Source: Polyangiaceae bacterium
GTDB taxonomy: Bacteria; Myxococcota_A; Polyangia; Polyangiales; Polyangiaceae
Reading direction: 5' to 3'
NCBI GenBank assembly: GCA_016712345.1
Contig: JADJRH010000002.1
Location: forward strand, 392,466 to 456,465
DNA length: 64,000 nt
Numbering within the stretch: position 1 is the stretch's first letter; each line of letters opens with the position of its first letter. The notes beneath the pieces are model-generated. The model ran no database searches. It worked only from the letters and a program-made list of their open reading frames with translations, and was not told the origin of the DNA. Both the position numbers and the translations under genes were made by a program. Shown here piece by piece: positions 29,557 to 39,202 of this stretch.

Positions 29557-31980
29557 ATGACAAAAGTCCTCGTTTTCGAAAGCGATCCCGATCTCGCTTC
29601 AGAACTAAAGACCGAGCTGACCCGGCTCGACTGTACGGTCACCGTCGTCGAAGACGGCAACATCGGTCTGAACGTTGCGGCGAGCGAACGCCCCGATCTG
29701 ATTTTGCTCTCCATCGAGTTGCCCCGCATGAACGGCTTCTCGGTGTGCAACAAGCTCAAGAAGGACACCTCGCTCAAGGACATTCCGCTCATCATCATGT
29801 CGAGCGAATCGAGCGATGAAACGTTTGAGCAACACAAGAAGCTTCGAACGCGCGCTGAGGATTATGTACACAAGCCCATCGCGTTCGGAGAGCTGCTGGA
29901 GCACATTCGAAAATTCGTTCCACTCGAAGCGCCCGCCGTCGACTCTTCCGATGGAATTGTGATTGACGACGCTGCGCTCGTTCTCGATGAACCGGGCGAG
30001 GGATTGGCTGCGCCCGCGACAGCGCCCGAGCCGATTGCAGCTCCGTCGCCGCCGATCCCTACCGCCCCGCCGGCGCCGTTACCGCCGAGCGCCAAACCGT
30101 CGCAGCCTAAAGACTCCGAAATCGACGATCTCATCGGCGGCGCTTTTGATCGACTTCTCGGCGAAGACGACGAGCGAACCGTGGTGAAGCCGCTTCACCA
30201 AATCCATCCCGATCTCGTGAGTACACCTTCGTCGCCGCCCGGTGCGCCGACGCAACCCGCGCCTCCCGTCTCGCCGCTCAAACCTGCTGCCCCAGCGGCG
30301 CCGGCGGCCAAGTTGCCGTCCCTCGCCAAGCCGGCGGCTCCGGTTCCCGCTCCGAGACCAACCCCTACCGGAAGTCGCCCCATGCCGGCTCCCGCCGCGC
30401 GCCCAGTCGCCGCGACACCGCCCGCGGCGGCGGCGCCTGCCGTGCCCCCGGCACGGGGAAGCGACGGTGAAACCAACCGTCTGCGGGCCGAACTTGAGCG
30501 CCTCAAAACTGAATCCGAAAAAGCGAAAAGCGACGCAGATGCCGCTCGCGCCGAAGCGGATCGAGCAAAGAACGAATTGGTGCGCCTCGAAAAAGAGGTC
30601 GGTGCCGCCCAGGCGGATGTTCGCCGCCTCGAAGGGGAGGTGCTCGCAAGAGCCGCCGATTCAGCCGAGATCCAGCGGCTCAAACGTGAAGTTGAAGATT
30701 TGCGTTCCAAAGCGGCGTCGGGTCAATCCGGTGCGGCGGCGCCAAAACCCGGCGCCACAAGTCGTGAATTTTTAGATCTTCGCGAGGCGCTTAATAAGAA
30801 AGACAAAGAGCTTTTTGCGCTGCGCGGAGAGATCACGCAGAAGGACAAAGAGCTTATCGATCTGCGCGATCAGCAACTGTCGCTGGAGCGTGAAAAAGCC
30901 GACTACGCTGATCAAATCGCTGCCGTTGAGCGCGACAAAGAAACGCTTAACGAGACACTTGCAAAGTCGACAGCCGACCGAGAAGCGGTTGAACGCAAAC
31001 TCACAGAAGCTCAGAGTCGCGTTGCCGATTTGGAGAGTCGGCTCGCTGAACTGGACAAGACCCTTGAGTCTGAAAAAGCGGCCCACGCGACGGCTCTTGC
31101 GGCCGCGCAGACAACGCACACTGCCGCTCTGACAACTATCAAAGCGGAGTCCGCGGCGAAACTGTCCGCGGCTGAAAGTGCGGCAGAAGAGCGGCAAAAA
31201 GCCCGCGAAGAAGAACTTGTCGCCCAACGTGAAGCCGCACTCAAGTCGCTCGCCGAGGAGCACAGCGCCGCGCTCGCATCCCTTAAAAACGAGCACGAAA
31301 CAGCCCTCACCGCCTCCGCCTCCGCGCATCAAAAGGCCTTGTCAGACTTGCAGTCTGAACACGACAACGCTTTGGCTGCGCGCGAAAAGGCTCACGCCGC
31401 CGCACTTGCTGAAGCCGAGTCTGCGCACGAGGCCACTCTCGGTGCTGCCAATGCCTCCTTGGCAAAAGCCGAAAAGCAGCTTCTGGATACACAAAGTCAA
31501 CTCCAGTCAACTCAATCAAAATTGGCCGAAACCGAGGCCCTGCTGGAGCAAAATCAAAAGAAGGCCACCCAAGACCTTGAAGCTGCCGAAGCTCGCCTCG
31601 CCAAAGCCGAAGCAGAAATGGCAGAGCGTCAAGATGAGTTGATTGCCGGTCACAACACGGCCGTTGAAACCCTCAAGTCAGAACATGCCTCCGCTCTCGG
31701 CCGCGTCGCAGACGAGTTGAGTCAAACAAAAGAAGCACTCCAGGCCGCCTCAGCGTTGGGTGTTGACCTCCAATCGAAACTCAGCGACCGCGACGGGCGA
31801 ATCGGCACATTGGACACCGAGGTTTCAGAACTGAAGGCCAGTTTGGCGGCCGAAAAAGATCGCCTGGAGAAGGCGCGTCGACGCTCGGAAGCCGATCGCG
31901 CGGCCCTGACAAAAGCCCGCGCCGCCATGATCGAGTTGTCAAAACAAATTGAAGAGGCATCGGCGGATCCCGCCGAGTGA
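29557..31980 (+). CDS. FrzS/AglZ-like protein: N-terminal (pseudo-)receiver domain, a Pro/Ala-rich linker and a C-terminal coiled coil of about 500 aa.
   Basis: REC fold (KVLVFESDPDL...LILLSIELPRMNGF...IIMSS...KP) with Ser at the expected phospho-Asp position. Heptad-like Ala/Glu/Lys-rich repeats run from about 30480 to 31980. Confidence 0.65.
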   Translation: MTKVLVFESDPDLASELKTELTRLDCTVTVVEDGNIGLNVAASERPDLILLSIELPRMNGFSVCNKLKKDTSLKDIPLIIMSSESSDETFEQHKKLRTRAEDYVHKPIAFGELLEHIRKFVPLEAPAVDSSDGIVIDDAALVLDEPGEGLAAPATAPEPIAAPSPPIPTAPPAPLPPSAKPSQPKDSEIDDLIGGAFDRLLGEDDERTVVKPLHQIHPDLVSTPSSPPGAPTQPAPPVSPLKPAAPAAPAAKLPSLAKPAAPVPAPRPTPTGSRPMPAPAARPVAATPPAAAAPAVPPARGSDGETNRLRAELERLKTESEKAKSDADAARAEADRAKNELVRLEKEVGAAQADVRRLEGEVLARAADSAEIQRLKREVEDLRSKAASGQSGAAAPKPGATSREFLDLREALNKKDKELFALRGEITQKDKELIDLRDQQLSLEREKADYADQIAAVERDKETLNETLAKSTADREAVERKLTEAQSRVADLESRLAELDKTLESEKAAHATALAAAQTTHTAALTTIKAESAAKLSAAESAAEERQKAREEELVAQREAALKSLAEEHSAALASLKNEHETALTASASAHQKALSDLQSEHDNALAAREKAHAAALAEAESAHEATLGAANASLAKAEKQLLDTQSQLQSTQSKLAETEALLEQNQKKATQDLEAAEARLAKAEAEMAERQDELIAGHNTAVETLKSEHASALGRVADELSQTKEALQAASALGVDLQSKLSDRDGRIGTLDTEVSELKASLAAEKDRLEKARRRSEADRAALTKARAAMIELSKQIEEASADPAE

Positions 31981-32157
31981 CGCCCGGGCATTTTCGTTCG
32001 CTCGGCACACAATCCCACATTAGCGCCGGCTGCCCCTCGAAAAAAAGCGCCGGCTGCTCCTCAAAACGAGCCCTACAAAACAAGCCCTTTTTGCCCTTTT
32101 TGTCTTTTTGCTCTCAATTCGCAAACCGAAATCGCAAACAGGCGTAGAAACGTTTTG

Positions 32158-34304
32158 TGGGATTCGAAAACAGCGGCATTGCCCCCGGAACAGTCTTTGG
32201 TCGCGACTTTCGCATCGTCAGCGCGCTCAAGACGGGCGGAATGGGGGCAGTATACATCGCTCAACAACTCAGCACCGGAAAACACCGCGCGCTCAAAATA
32301 ATGAATGCGGATATCGCGCAGGATCCGGCAACGCGCGAACGATTTGTGTTGGAAGCGCGCGCCGCCTCGCAAATTGACAGCGATCATGTTGTCGAGGTTG
32401 TGACCGCCGGAATTGATGACGCCACCGGAACTCTCTACCTCGTCATGGAGCTGTTGCGCGGTGAAGAACTCGAGGACGCTCTGACGCGACTCGGCCCTTT
32501 GCCCGTTGGGGACGTTGGCGAAGTGCTTCTTCAGGTGGGGCACGCGCTCGAAAGGGCGCACGCCATGGGCATTGTTCACCGCGATCTAAAGCCTCAAAAC
32601 ATTTTTCTCGCCGCGTCGCGCCGCAAAGACTCTGCGTTTACCGCCAAAATACTCGACTTCGGTGTTGCCAAGCTCGTCGCCGAAAACCAAAACAAAACCA
32701 CACAAGCTCTCGGCAGTCCTCTGTTCATGTCGCCTGAACAGACCGATTCCAAAGGTCGAATCACACCCGCCAGCGATATTTGGGCCCTCGGCTTAATCAC
32801 GTTCAGGCTGCTCACGGGGCACGACTTCTGGCGCGAAACAGCCAGTTTGCCAATGTTGCTTCGCGAGATCGTTGTGGACTCCATTCCGTTTGCGTCCGAA
32901 CGCGCGCGCGAACTTGGTATGCCGGGCGCCCTGCCAGTTGGGTTTGACGCGTGGTTTGCCCGATGTGTCAATCGCAATATCGATGCTCGGTTTCCCGAGG
33001 CGGGCGCCTGTGTCCGAGCCTTTGTTGAACTTTTAGAACCCAATGCGCCTTCGGGCAAACTGACAGTTTCGGTTCCAACAGGAACCGGCCAGTCATGGAG
33101 CGCTTCAATCCCGGCGTCGGCCCTTGTTGGGTCGGATGTTTACAAACATCCTTTTACAACCGCACCGGCATCTCAGGTGATCAGTGGTCAATCGCTGGCG
33201 CCTGAAGAAAAGGCATCTCTCGAAAATTCAAAAACGGCGGGGATCACTGACCAAGCCATGGTCAGCACCGACTCTCAAGCCAAAGAAAAACCTGCGAGCA
33301 CACCTTTTCCAAAAGCCGTCTTGTTGGGCGTTCCGGTCGTTTTGGGTGCCATTGTCGCCGCTGCCGTGTTTTTGCAATCCAAACCCCCGGCGTCTTCCGG
33401 GAGCGGGTTCGCGCAAACAGCACAGCCTGTATCCCAAACGGCGGCTCCAACAGGCACCGCTTCTTCCGGCGCACCGGTTGAAACGGCGTGCCCCGCCGGC
33501 ATGGTGTCCATTCCGGGTGGAGCGATGTTTATGGGGGCGCGTGACCTCATTGCCGCCGCCGACGCCAAGCCACCCCACCGCGTCATTGTCTCCGACTATT
33601 GCCTCGACAAGACCGAAGTGACCGCCGCAGACTACCAACGTTGTGTGGATGGCGGGACGTGTGAGCGCGCCCTCGACCACGTGAGTTGGCCCAAGGTGAC
33701 AGAAGCCCAGAAAAAGAAGTATTCGGGATATTGCAACGCCGCCGCGCCCGACAGATCAAACCATCCCATCAACTGTGTTGCCTGGGCAATGGCCGACACG
33801 TATTGCAAACAGAAGGGGTATCGCCTCCCCACAGAAGCTGAGTGGGAGTATGCGGCTCGCGGTTCAAGCCAAAAGAAATACCCTTGGGGAGATGAACCGG
33901 TGGGCCCCAAGTTCTTAAATGCCTGTGGCTCCGAATGTGCGGATCATTGGAAAAAAGCCGAAAACGAAACACGAAAAACCATGTTCGAGGGGGACGACAG
34001 GCACGTTGGAACAGCGCCCGTGGGGAGCTACCCGGCCGGTGCGTCAGCGCAAGGTGTACTCGATCTGGCGGGCAACGTGTGGGAGTGGACGGCGGACTAC
34101 TACGCTCCTTATTCCGAAACCGATGTTCAAAACCCTCCCAAAGACCCGAATGGCCCGGCCACGGGAGACAAGCGCGTTGTTCGCGGAGGGGACTATCTGG
34201 GGGCCGAACCCGACTGGTCACGGCCTTCGTATCGATGGAAGACCGACCCCGACACCTACAACCACGCGATCGGTTTTCGCTGCGCCAAAAACCTCAAACC
34301 ATAA
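32158..34304 (+). CDS. Ser/Thr protein kinase fused to a C-terminal formylglycine-generating-enzyme (FGE-sulfatase) domain. GTG start.
   Basis: Kinase motifs (GGMGAVYIA, ALKIM, HRDLKPQNIFL, DFGVAK, SPE). FGE motifs (MVSIPGGAMFMG, RLPTEAEWEYAARG, GNVWEWTADYY, RGGDY). Confidence 0.85.
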
Positions 34305-34368
34305 ATCGGTCCACCGATACGCCACATTTGTCTATTGAAGCGGCCGCAAATAAGGCGAGCATGGCGGC

Positions 34369-35691
34369 ATGACAGCCGGCGACCCGCTGTTCGAAGCATT
34401 TTCGATAGGCAATCTCCGAATCAAAAATCGAATCATTCGGTCGAGCATTTCAGGCCGAATTGACAACTACGACGGTTCGGGAACGCCGGCACGCATCGCA
34501 TGGGAAGAGAAGTTTGCGAAAGGCGGGGCCGGCGCAATCATCACGGCTCACGTTCCCATCTGTGTTGAAGGGCGGATCTTGCCCAACTACGCCACTCTCG
34601 ACTGCGACGAGCGCATTCCTTTTTGGTCAAAAGTGGTTGAGCGCGTCGAAAAATACGACTGTCCAATCATCCTTCAGCTTTCACATTCGGGGCGACAACA
34701 AGACATTGCCGGGTTTGAAAATGGCGACAGGTTGCCACCGGCCGCGAGTGATCGAATTGACAATTTTCACGGCCTGCGCGGCCGAGAAATGACCATTGCT
34801 GAGATCGACAACACGGTGGAGTTGTTCGCCCTCGCAGCGGAGCGTGCCGTACGCGCGGGCGCACACGGAATCGAACTGCACTCTGCGAACGGCTACCTTT
34901 TCACTCAGTTTTTGAGCGGCCCCATCAACGATCGCGCCGATGAATATGGCGGTTCGCTCAAAAATCGCGCCCGCTTTCTGTTGCGTGTCATTGATGCCAT
35001 TCGCAAACGCGTGGGCCCGCTCTTTCCGCTCATCGTCAAGATTGCGGCAGCCGATCATCACACGGCGGTCACTCCATGGCTTTTCTGGCAGGGGGAAGGC
35101 AACACACTCGAAGATGCGTTGCTCGTTTCAAAATGGGCTGAAGAACACGGGGCCAGCGCGCTTCACGTATCGGTTGGAAATATCTTCCCGCACCCCCGCA
35201 ATCCCGCCGGCGGATTGCCTTTGCCCGAGGCCGCGCGCCTCTACGACGTCATGCTTTCGTCGGGCGAACATACCATTCGAAACTACCTGATCTTTCGCTT
35301 CGCGCCCTCGCTTGGAAAGTTCATTTGGGATCGGACGACCGATGGCATTCAAACCGAGGGCATTAATTTGGATGCCTCAGAAGCGATCAGAAAGGCCGTA
35401 AAAATCCCTGTTTTGTGCACCGGCGGATTTCAAACGGGGAGCTTTATGCGCAAGGCTCTCAAAGATCAAAAGTGCGACGCGTTCACCATTGCGCGACCCC
35501 TCATTGCCAACCCCGATCTGCCTCAAATTCTAGAACGCGGCGATGAAGTTACACAGAAGCGGCGTTGCACCTACTGCAACAAATGCCTTGTTCACGTGCT
35601 TGAAGATCCGCTCGGCTGCTACGAGCTGTCGCGTTACGAGAGCTACGAAGAAATGGTGAGCAGCGTGCTCGATTTTTACAAAAACGCCTAG
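34369..35691 (+). CDS. Old-yellow-enzyme-family NADH:flavin oxidoreductase (2,4-dienoyl-CoA-reductase-like TIM barrel) with a C-terminal Cys motif.
   Basis: OYE signatures (ILQLSHSGRQ, HSANGYLFTQFLS) and CTYCNKC near the C-terminus. Confidence 0.8.
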   Translation: MTAGDPLFEAFSIGNLRIKNRIIRSSISGRIDNYDGSGTPARIAWEEKFAKGGAGAIITAHVPICVEGRILPNYATLDCDERIPFWSKVVERVEKYDCPIILQLSHSGRQQDIAGFENGDRLPPAASDRIDNFHGLRGREMTIAEIDNTVELFALAAERAVRAGAHGIELHSANGYLFTQFLSGPINDRADEYGGSLKNRARFLLRVIDAIRKRVGPLFPLIVKIAAADHHTAVTPWLFWQGEGNTLEDALLVSKWAEEHGASALHVSVGNIFPHPRNPAGGLPLPEAARLYDVMLSSGEHTIRNYLIFRFAPSLGKFIWDRTTDGIQTEGINLDASEAIRKAVKIPVLCTGGFQTGSFMRKALKDQKCDAFTIARPLIANPDLPQILERGDEVTQKRRCTYCNKCLVHVLEDPLGCYELSRYESYEEMVSSVLDFYKNA

Positions 35692-35728
35692 CTTGCACAG
35701 TTTGCCTCTCGACCACGCGCGATCGCGG

Positions 35729-35815
35729 ATATGTGCACAAATGAGTACACGCATGTGTACGCATAAGAGTGCGAGAATGAGTACGCGAATGAGTACGCGA
35801 ATGAGTACACAAATG
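35729..35815. repeat. About 7 tandem copies of a 12-bp unit AATGAGTAC(G/A)C(G/A), intergenic and upstream of tRNA-Ala.
   Basis: AATGAGTACACGC / ATGTGTACGCAT / AAGAGTGCGAG / AATGAGTACGCG x2 / AATGAGTACACA / AATGAGTACGCA, read directly. Confidence 0.6.
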
Positions 35816-35921
35816 AGTACGCACACGCCTCCCGCAGAAGCCCAAAACGGCCTTATCTCCAGGCTGAAAAAAAGTTCTCGACAAGGTGCACATCGAGCTG
35901 TATAACGCCGTTCCTTCTTTT

Positions 35922-35997
35922 GGGCGTGTAGCTCAGTTGGGAGAGCGCCTGACTGGCAGTCAGGAGGTCGCGGGTTCGATTCCCTTCACGTCCACCA
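35922..35997 (+). tRNA. tRNA-Ala (anticodon GGC) with encoded CCA.
   Basis: Cloverleaf: acceptor GGGCGTG/CACGTCC with G3:U70, D-arm GCTCAGTTGGGAGAGC, anticodon stem CCTGA / TCAGG with loop CTGGCAG, and T-arm GCGGGTTCGATTCCCGC. Confidence 0.9.
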
Positions 35998-36000
35998 ATA

Positions 36001-36036
36001 GCCGACTGGCCCCAAGCCAGTCGGCTTTTTGGTTTT
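36001..36036 (+). terminator. Rho-independent terminator after the tRNA: GCCGACTGG-CCCCAA-GCCAGTCGGC followed by TTTTTGGTTTTT.
   Basis: A perfect 9-10-bp stem plus a T-run. Confidence 0.6.
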
Positions 36037-36168
36037 TGCGCTTGGCAACGCCTCACCTCCTGACTCGTCAGTTTCAATACGGAGTTGTCCGGGAGCGCGC
36101 TTCGCGGCCCTATTCAACCTGAGGGTAACTTCAGCCGCCTCGCAATGATCTGAAATGTCTCGATGCCT

Positions 36169-36390
36169 GACACGTCGTAATCAACACGGAGGCACGGAGA
36201 TCACGGAGTTCCACGGAGTTTTTTGTATTTTGGCTGCAATAGGCTTGCATCAGCTAGACAAAAAACTTGTCAGGTTTGGGATCGCGGATGATGTGTACCC
36301 ATAGCAGCCAAAGAAACAAAACCCTCCGTGTCCCTCCGTGACCTCTGTGATTCCGTGGTGAAGAGACGTTCCTGATGGCGCGACGTGTCC
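36169..36390. repeat. Nested inverted-repeat element (about 220 bp). Outer 9-bp inverted repeat GACACGTCG / CGACGTGTC. Inner arms of 4x CACGGAG versus CTCCGTG-type repeats. Innermost TTGGCTGC / GCAGCCAA around a lower-GC core. Candidate MITE or structured RNA.
   Basis: All three inverted-repeat tiers are read directly. No ORF lies inside. Confidence 0.5.
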
Positions 36391-36444
36391 GGTCGTTGCG
36401 TGATGGCAGCCCGGGGGCGAAGCGTGACCGGTGCTGCGTGGTGG

Positions 36445-37908
36445 CTAAAGCGACTTTACGTAGTCGAGATAAGCGCCGACCTTAAATTTCTTGGCTGTGT
36501 TGTCACTCGACATATACCGAATGTTGCCAAACACCGGCCTTTCAGGTGGCCAAGGCCTGTCAAATAGGCCGAAACACCACAAGATGCCTGTGTATGAATT
36601 GGGGTCTCGCCCGTCGAGAGCATATTTGTTGTTGAGGTGAACAAGCACCTGATAAGCCTCTTCCGGCGTTCCAGACCATTCAAGCACCTTTTTCCCCCAC
36701 AACATGCGCAGATAGTTGTGGATAGTGCCTGTTTTTACCAACTCGGTTTGGGCCGCGTTCCACAATGGATCATGCGTTTTTGCGGTTTCGAGTTGCTCGG
36801 CTGAATAAACGTATTTCCGCTCGTCTTGGGTGTGTTTTTCGAGCGTGGAAAAGGCCCACGTGGGCAATGCTGTTTTTAACGTTTGCTCGTCGCCAAGCCT
36901 ATGAAAAAGCCAATGATGGCCCACGTCACGCCACGTCAGCGCCTCGTCCAAAAAAGAGTTCACATTTGGGTTTGAGCCGTAAAACCCCTCGCGTCGGCCG
37001 CTTTTCCCCATTTCAAACTCACATGTGCCATACGCCGACTGGAGCACTTCAAAGGCCACTTGCTCTATCGACAAGTGCCCATAGTGCAAATAGGGCGACA
37101 AGCCACTTGCGGCGCCATTTTCGGGGGGCACCGGATTGGAGCGCTCTTCAGCGTAGCGTGACAGCCTTTTCTCCACGAACGAACGCAGTTGTTTTTGCGC
37201 AGCCGCCGGGCCGCCGACAACACCTTTCACCGGCGGAACAACGTCTCTGAATACAATTGACCTGAGTGTTGATTCAACATCCCCGTCCCACGTTGGAAAG
37301 GGCGCTGAAAGTCCTGTATTGCCGACGGTGCCAAACTCAGGCAAAGCTCTGGACCGGTGCTTGAAGGCCTCACCAAATGCCTTTTGAATACGCGGTCGCA
37401 AATGGGCCGCAGCCGCGACCGCGGCGCCGAGATTGGCGAGCGGAACAACGCTGTTTGAATCAACAGCAACAACTCTCCGCGAAGTTCTCCCAGCGAGCGC
37501 CTTGGTTTGCGCCGGCACAACAAAACATGGCCAATCATCTGTGACGACCAAACAGGCATTTTCTGCCAAGCGGTGGACAAGCCCCTTTCCACTGTCGTGC
37601 GGAGTTTGCACGAAAGGCCAATAAACAAGGCCCCGCTCTCGCGCAACAGTCAGGTTGTCGCGCATCCCCTCCAGAATAAAGCGATGGTGGCGCGCGCTCG
37701 CCCACGGATAATCAAGCCTCAACCCTTCGTAAATGACGAGCGGCTTTTTCAACTCGCGCGCGCAGGTACACGCGTAATCGAGTGCATGATTGTGACTCAA
37801 ACGCCGATACGCCTGCATCCAATAAAGGACGTAGTGACCGCCCCGCCAAATGGGATGTTCGGCAACAATTCTGCGTCGCTCGTTGTTATAACTTGGTGCG
37901 GCTTTCAC
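36445..37908 (-). CDS. phr: Class II CPD deoxyribodipyrimidine photolyase.
   Basis: The C-terminal FAD-binding region (MHNYLRMLWGKKVLEWS...LDGRDPNSYTGILWCFGLFDRPW...IRYMS) is characteristic of class II photolyases. Confidence 0.8.
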   Translation of the reverse strand: MKAAPSYNNERRRIVAEHPIWRGGHYVLYWMQAYRRLSHNHALDYACTCARELKKPLVIYEGLRLDYPWASARHHRFILEGMRDNLTVARERGLVYWPFVQTPHDSGKGLVHRLAENACLVVTDDWPCFVVPAQTKALAGRTSRRVVAVDSNSVVPLANLGAAVAAAAHLRPRIQKAFGEAFKHRSRALPEFGTVGNTGLSAPFPTWDGDVESTLRSIVFRDVVPPVKGVVGGPAAAQKQLRSFVEKRLSRYAEERSNPVPPENGAASGLSPYLHYGHLSIEQVAFEVLQSAYGTCEFEMGKSGRREGFYGSNPNVNSFLDEALTWRDVGHHWLFHRLGDEQTLKTALPTWAFSTLEKHTQDERKYVYSAEQLETAKTHDPLWNAAQTELVKTGTIHNYLRMLWGKKVLEWSGTPEEAYQVLVHLNNKYALDGRDPNSYTGILWCFGLFDRPWPPERPVFGNIRYMSSDNTAKKFKVGAYLDYVKSL

Positions 37909-38348
37909 GTTGTTTCGACTTTTGGATGTTTGGGGATCTTCACGGCGTACACGCCTTTTCCAGTGGCAATGGGCTCTCCATCACCGCCGGGATGAAACAT
38001 CTTCATGTCTGTGACTGCCAGTCTCCCTCCCAGGCGCACCACCGATGATTCTGCAATGATGGCGTGTGCCCGGCCTGGCCGGAGATAGTCAATTCGCAAA
38101 TCCACCGTTGAAACCCGGGCCATCGGGTCTTCAATGGCACTCCACGCCGCGGCGCCGCCGGCCACATCGGCCAATGTGGAGAGCACTCCACCGTGAATGG
38201 CGCGTTTGAGCGGGTCACCGATCAGTTCGTCGCGGAAAGGCAGCGCCAGGCGCACGTTTCCGCGCTCCATGCGCTCCACAATGATCCCCAGAAACTTGTT
38301 GAATGGGATCATCTCTTCCATGACCTGCTTCAGCAGCGAAAGCTCCAT
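37905..38348 (-). CDS. PaaI/hotdog-fold thioesterase.
   Basis: A hotdog signature (GGVLSTLADVAGGAA...VDLRIDYLRP) from the internal start MELSLLKQ. Its end overlaps the phr start by 4 bp. Confidence 0.7.
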   Translation of the reverse strand: MELSLLKQVMEEMIPFNKFLGIIVERMERGNVRLALPFRDELIGDPLKRAIHGGVLSTLADVAGGAAAWSAIEDPMARVSTVDLRIDYLRPGRAHAIIAESSVVRLGGRLAVTDMKMFHPGGDGEPIATGKGVYAVKIPKHPKVETT

Positions 38349-38386
38349 TTGGGTAGATCCTTTCGAAAAACAAGAAGGCCGCACGC

Positions 38387-38788
38387 TCACGGCCAATGAA
38401 AGTAAGCTCGACTCAATTGGCCAATGCCCGCCGACAGCGCGTTTGCCACGAAAGACCAAAAAAAGGCTCTTCGCAGTGAAAACGTATCCAGCATGCTGAA
38501 ATAAACAGCCTCCACAACGAAGGCGAACAACTCCGCTCGAACCAGGTATTCAAGCCAGGAGTGATAAGGGTTGTTAAACGAGCTTGGAAGGAGCGGTATC
38601 AAATACCACACAGCGGGGTGGGTAATCGCGCTTGCTCCGAACGCGGCCGCGATTTGCATACGTATTGTGCGCGGACCGGTCGCGTGGCCGGTTTTCACCG
38701 CGTGGCGAATGGCCAATGTGTACACAGGGATCTCAATGACCTGTGTAAAAACGAAAGCCGCAAACCAGGAGCGAAGCGGGTACGCCAA
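38387..38788 (-). CDS. Small hypothetical integral membrane protein (3-4 TM helices).
   Basis: Hydrophobic segments and no recognisable motif. Confidence 0.35.
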   Translation of the reverse strand: MAYPLRSWFAAFVFTQVIEIPVYTLAIRHAVKTGHATGPRTIRMQIAAAFGASAITHPAVWYLIPLLPSSFNNPYHSWLEYLVRAELFAFVVEAVYFSMLDTFSLRRAFFWSFVANALSAGIGQLSRAYFHWP

Positions 38789-38823
38789 AACGTGTTGGGC
38801 GGGGTGAGATTGGGAGGACGAGG

Positions 38824-39099
38824 TTAGCGCCGGCCGCGTTGACGCCGTTTGCGAACCGGCACCAACACGAGCAGCCCCAGGCCGACAACAAGCGCCGCCG
38901 AGCCTGTCACAGCGCCGGGCGATGCCGCTGAGCAGCCCCCGCTGTCTTTTTTGGTATCCGAGCCGCCGCTGCCGCCGCCGCCCGCGTCACCGCCCGCACC
39001 GCCGCCTCCGGGCGGAGCACCCGCGAGATCCGCTGCGGCCGCCGCAGAAAAAAGTGTGAGTGCCGTTGCCAAACCCAAACTTGAGAGCTTTTTCACCAT
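38824..39099 (-). CDS. Minimal MYXO-CTERM protein: signal peptide, a Gly-rich spacer and a MYXO-CTERM sorting tag only.
   Basis: MVKKLSSLGLATALTLFSAAAAA signal. C-terminal GGCSAASPG...LVVGLGLLVLVPVRKRRQRGRR (Cys plus a hydrophobic helix plus a basic tail). Confidence 0.55.
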   Translation of the reverse strand: MVKKLSSLGLATALTLFSAAAAADLAGAPPGGGGAGGDAGGGGSGGSDTKKDSGGCSAASPGAVTGSAALVVGLGLLVLVPVRKRRQRGRR

Positions 39100-39202
39100 G
39101 GAGCTACTTCCTCCGAAGTGCTTCTCAGGCCACCGGACTACGCCGAATCTGTCAAGCATGCTCGCTTGCCGGCGGAACGCGTGCTAAGGCGCCGCGGCTT
39201 TT

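Noticed and set aside
29862-31332. Numerous overlapping ORFs on both strands within the FrzS-like gene.
   Set aside because: They are artefacts of the Pro/Ala-rich linker and the Ala/Glu-rich coiled-coil repeats.
35729-35815. A possible CRISPR array.
   Set aside because: The units are 12 bp and directly tandem with no spacers, and no cas genes are nearby.
35693-35905. Small ORFs MSTRMSTRMST... and MCVLICVLIRVLIRVL... on either strand.
   Set aside because: They are created by the 12-bp tandem repeat and are not credible proteins.
35900-36450. An integrative mobile element at the tRNA-Ala 3' end.
   Set aside because: No integrase, excisionase or direct repeat of the tRNA 3' end was found downstream. 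Only the 220-bp inverted-repeat element is present.
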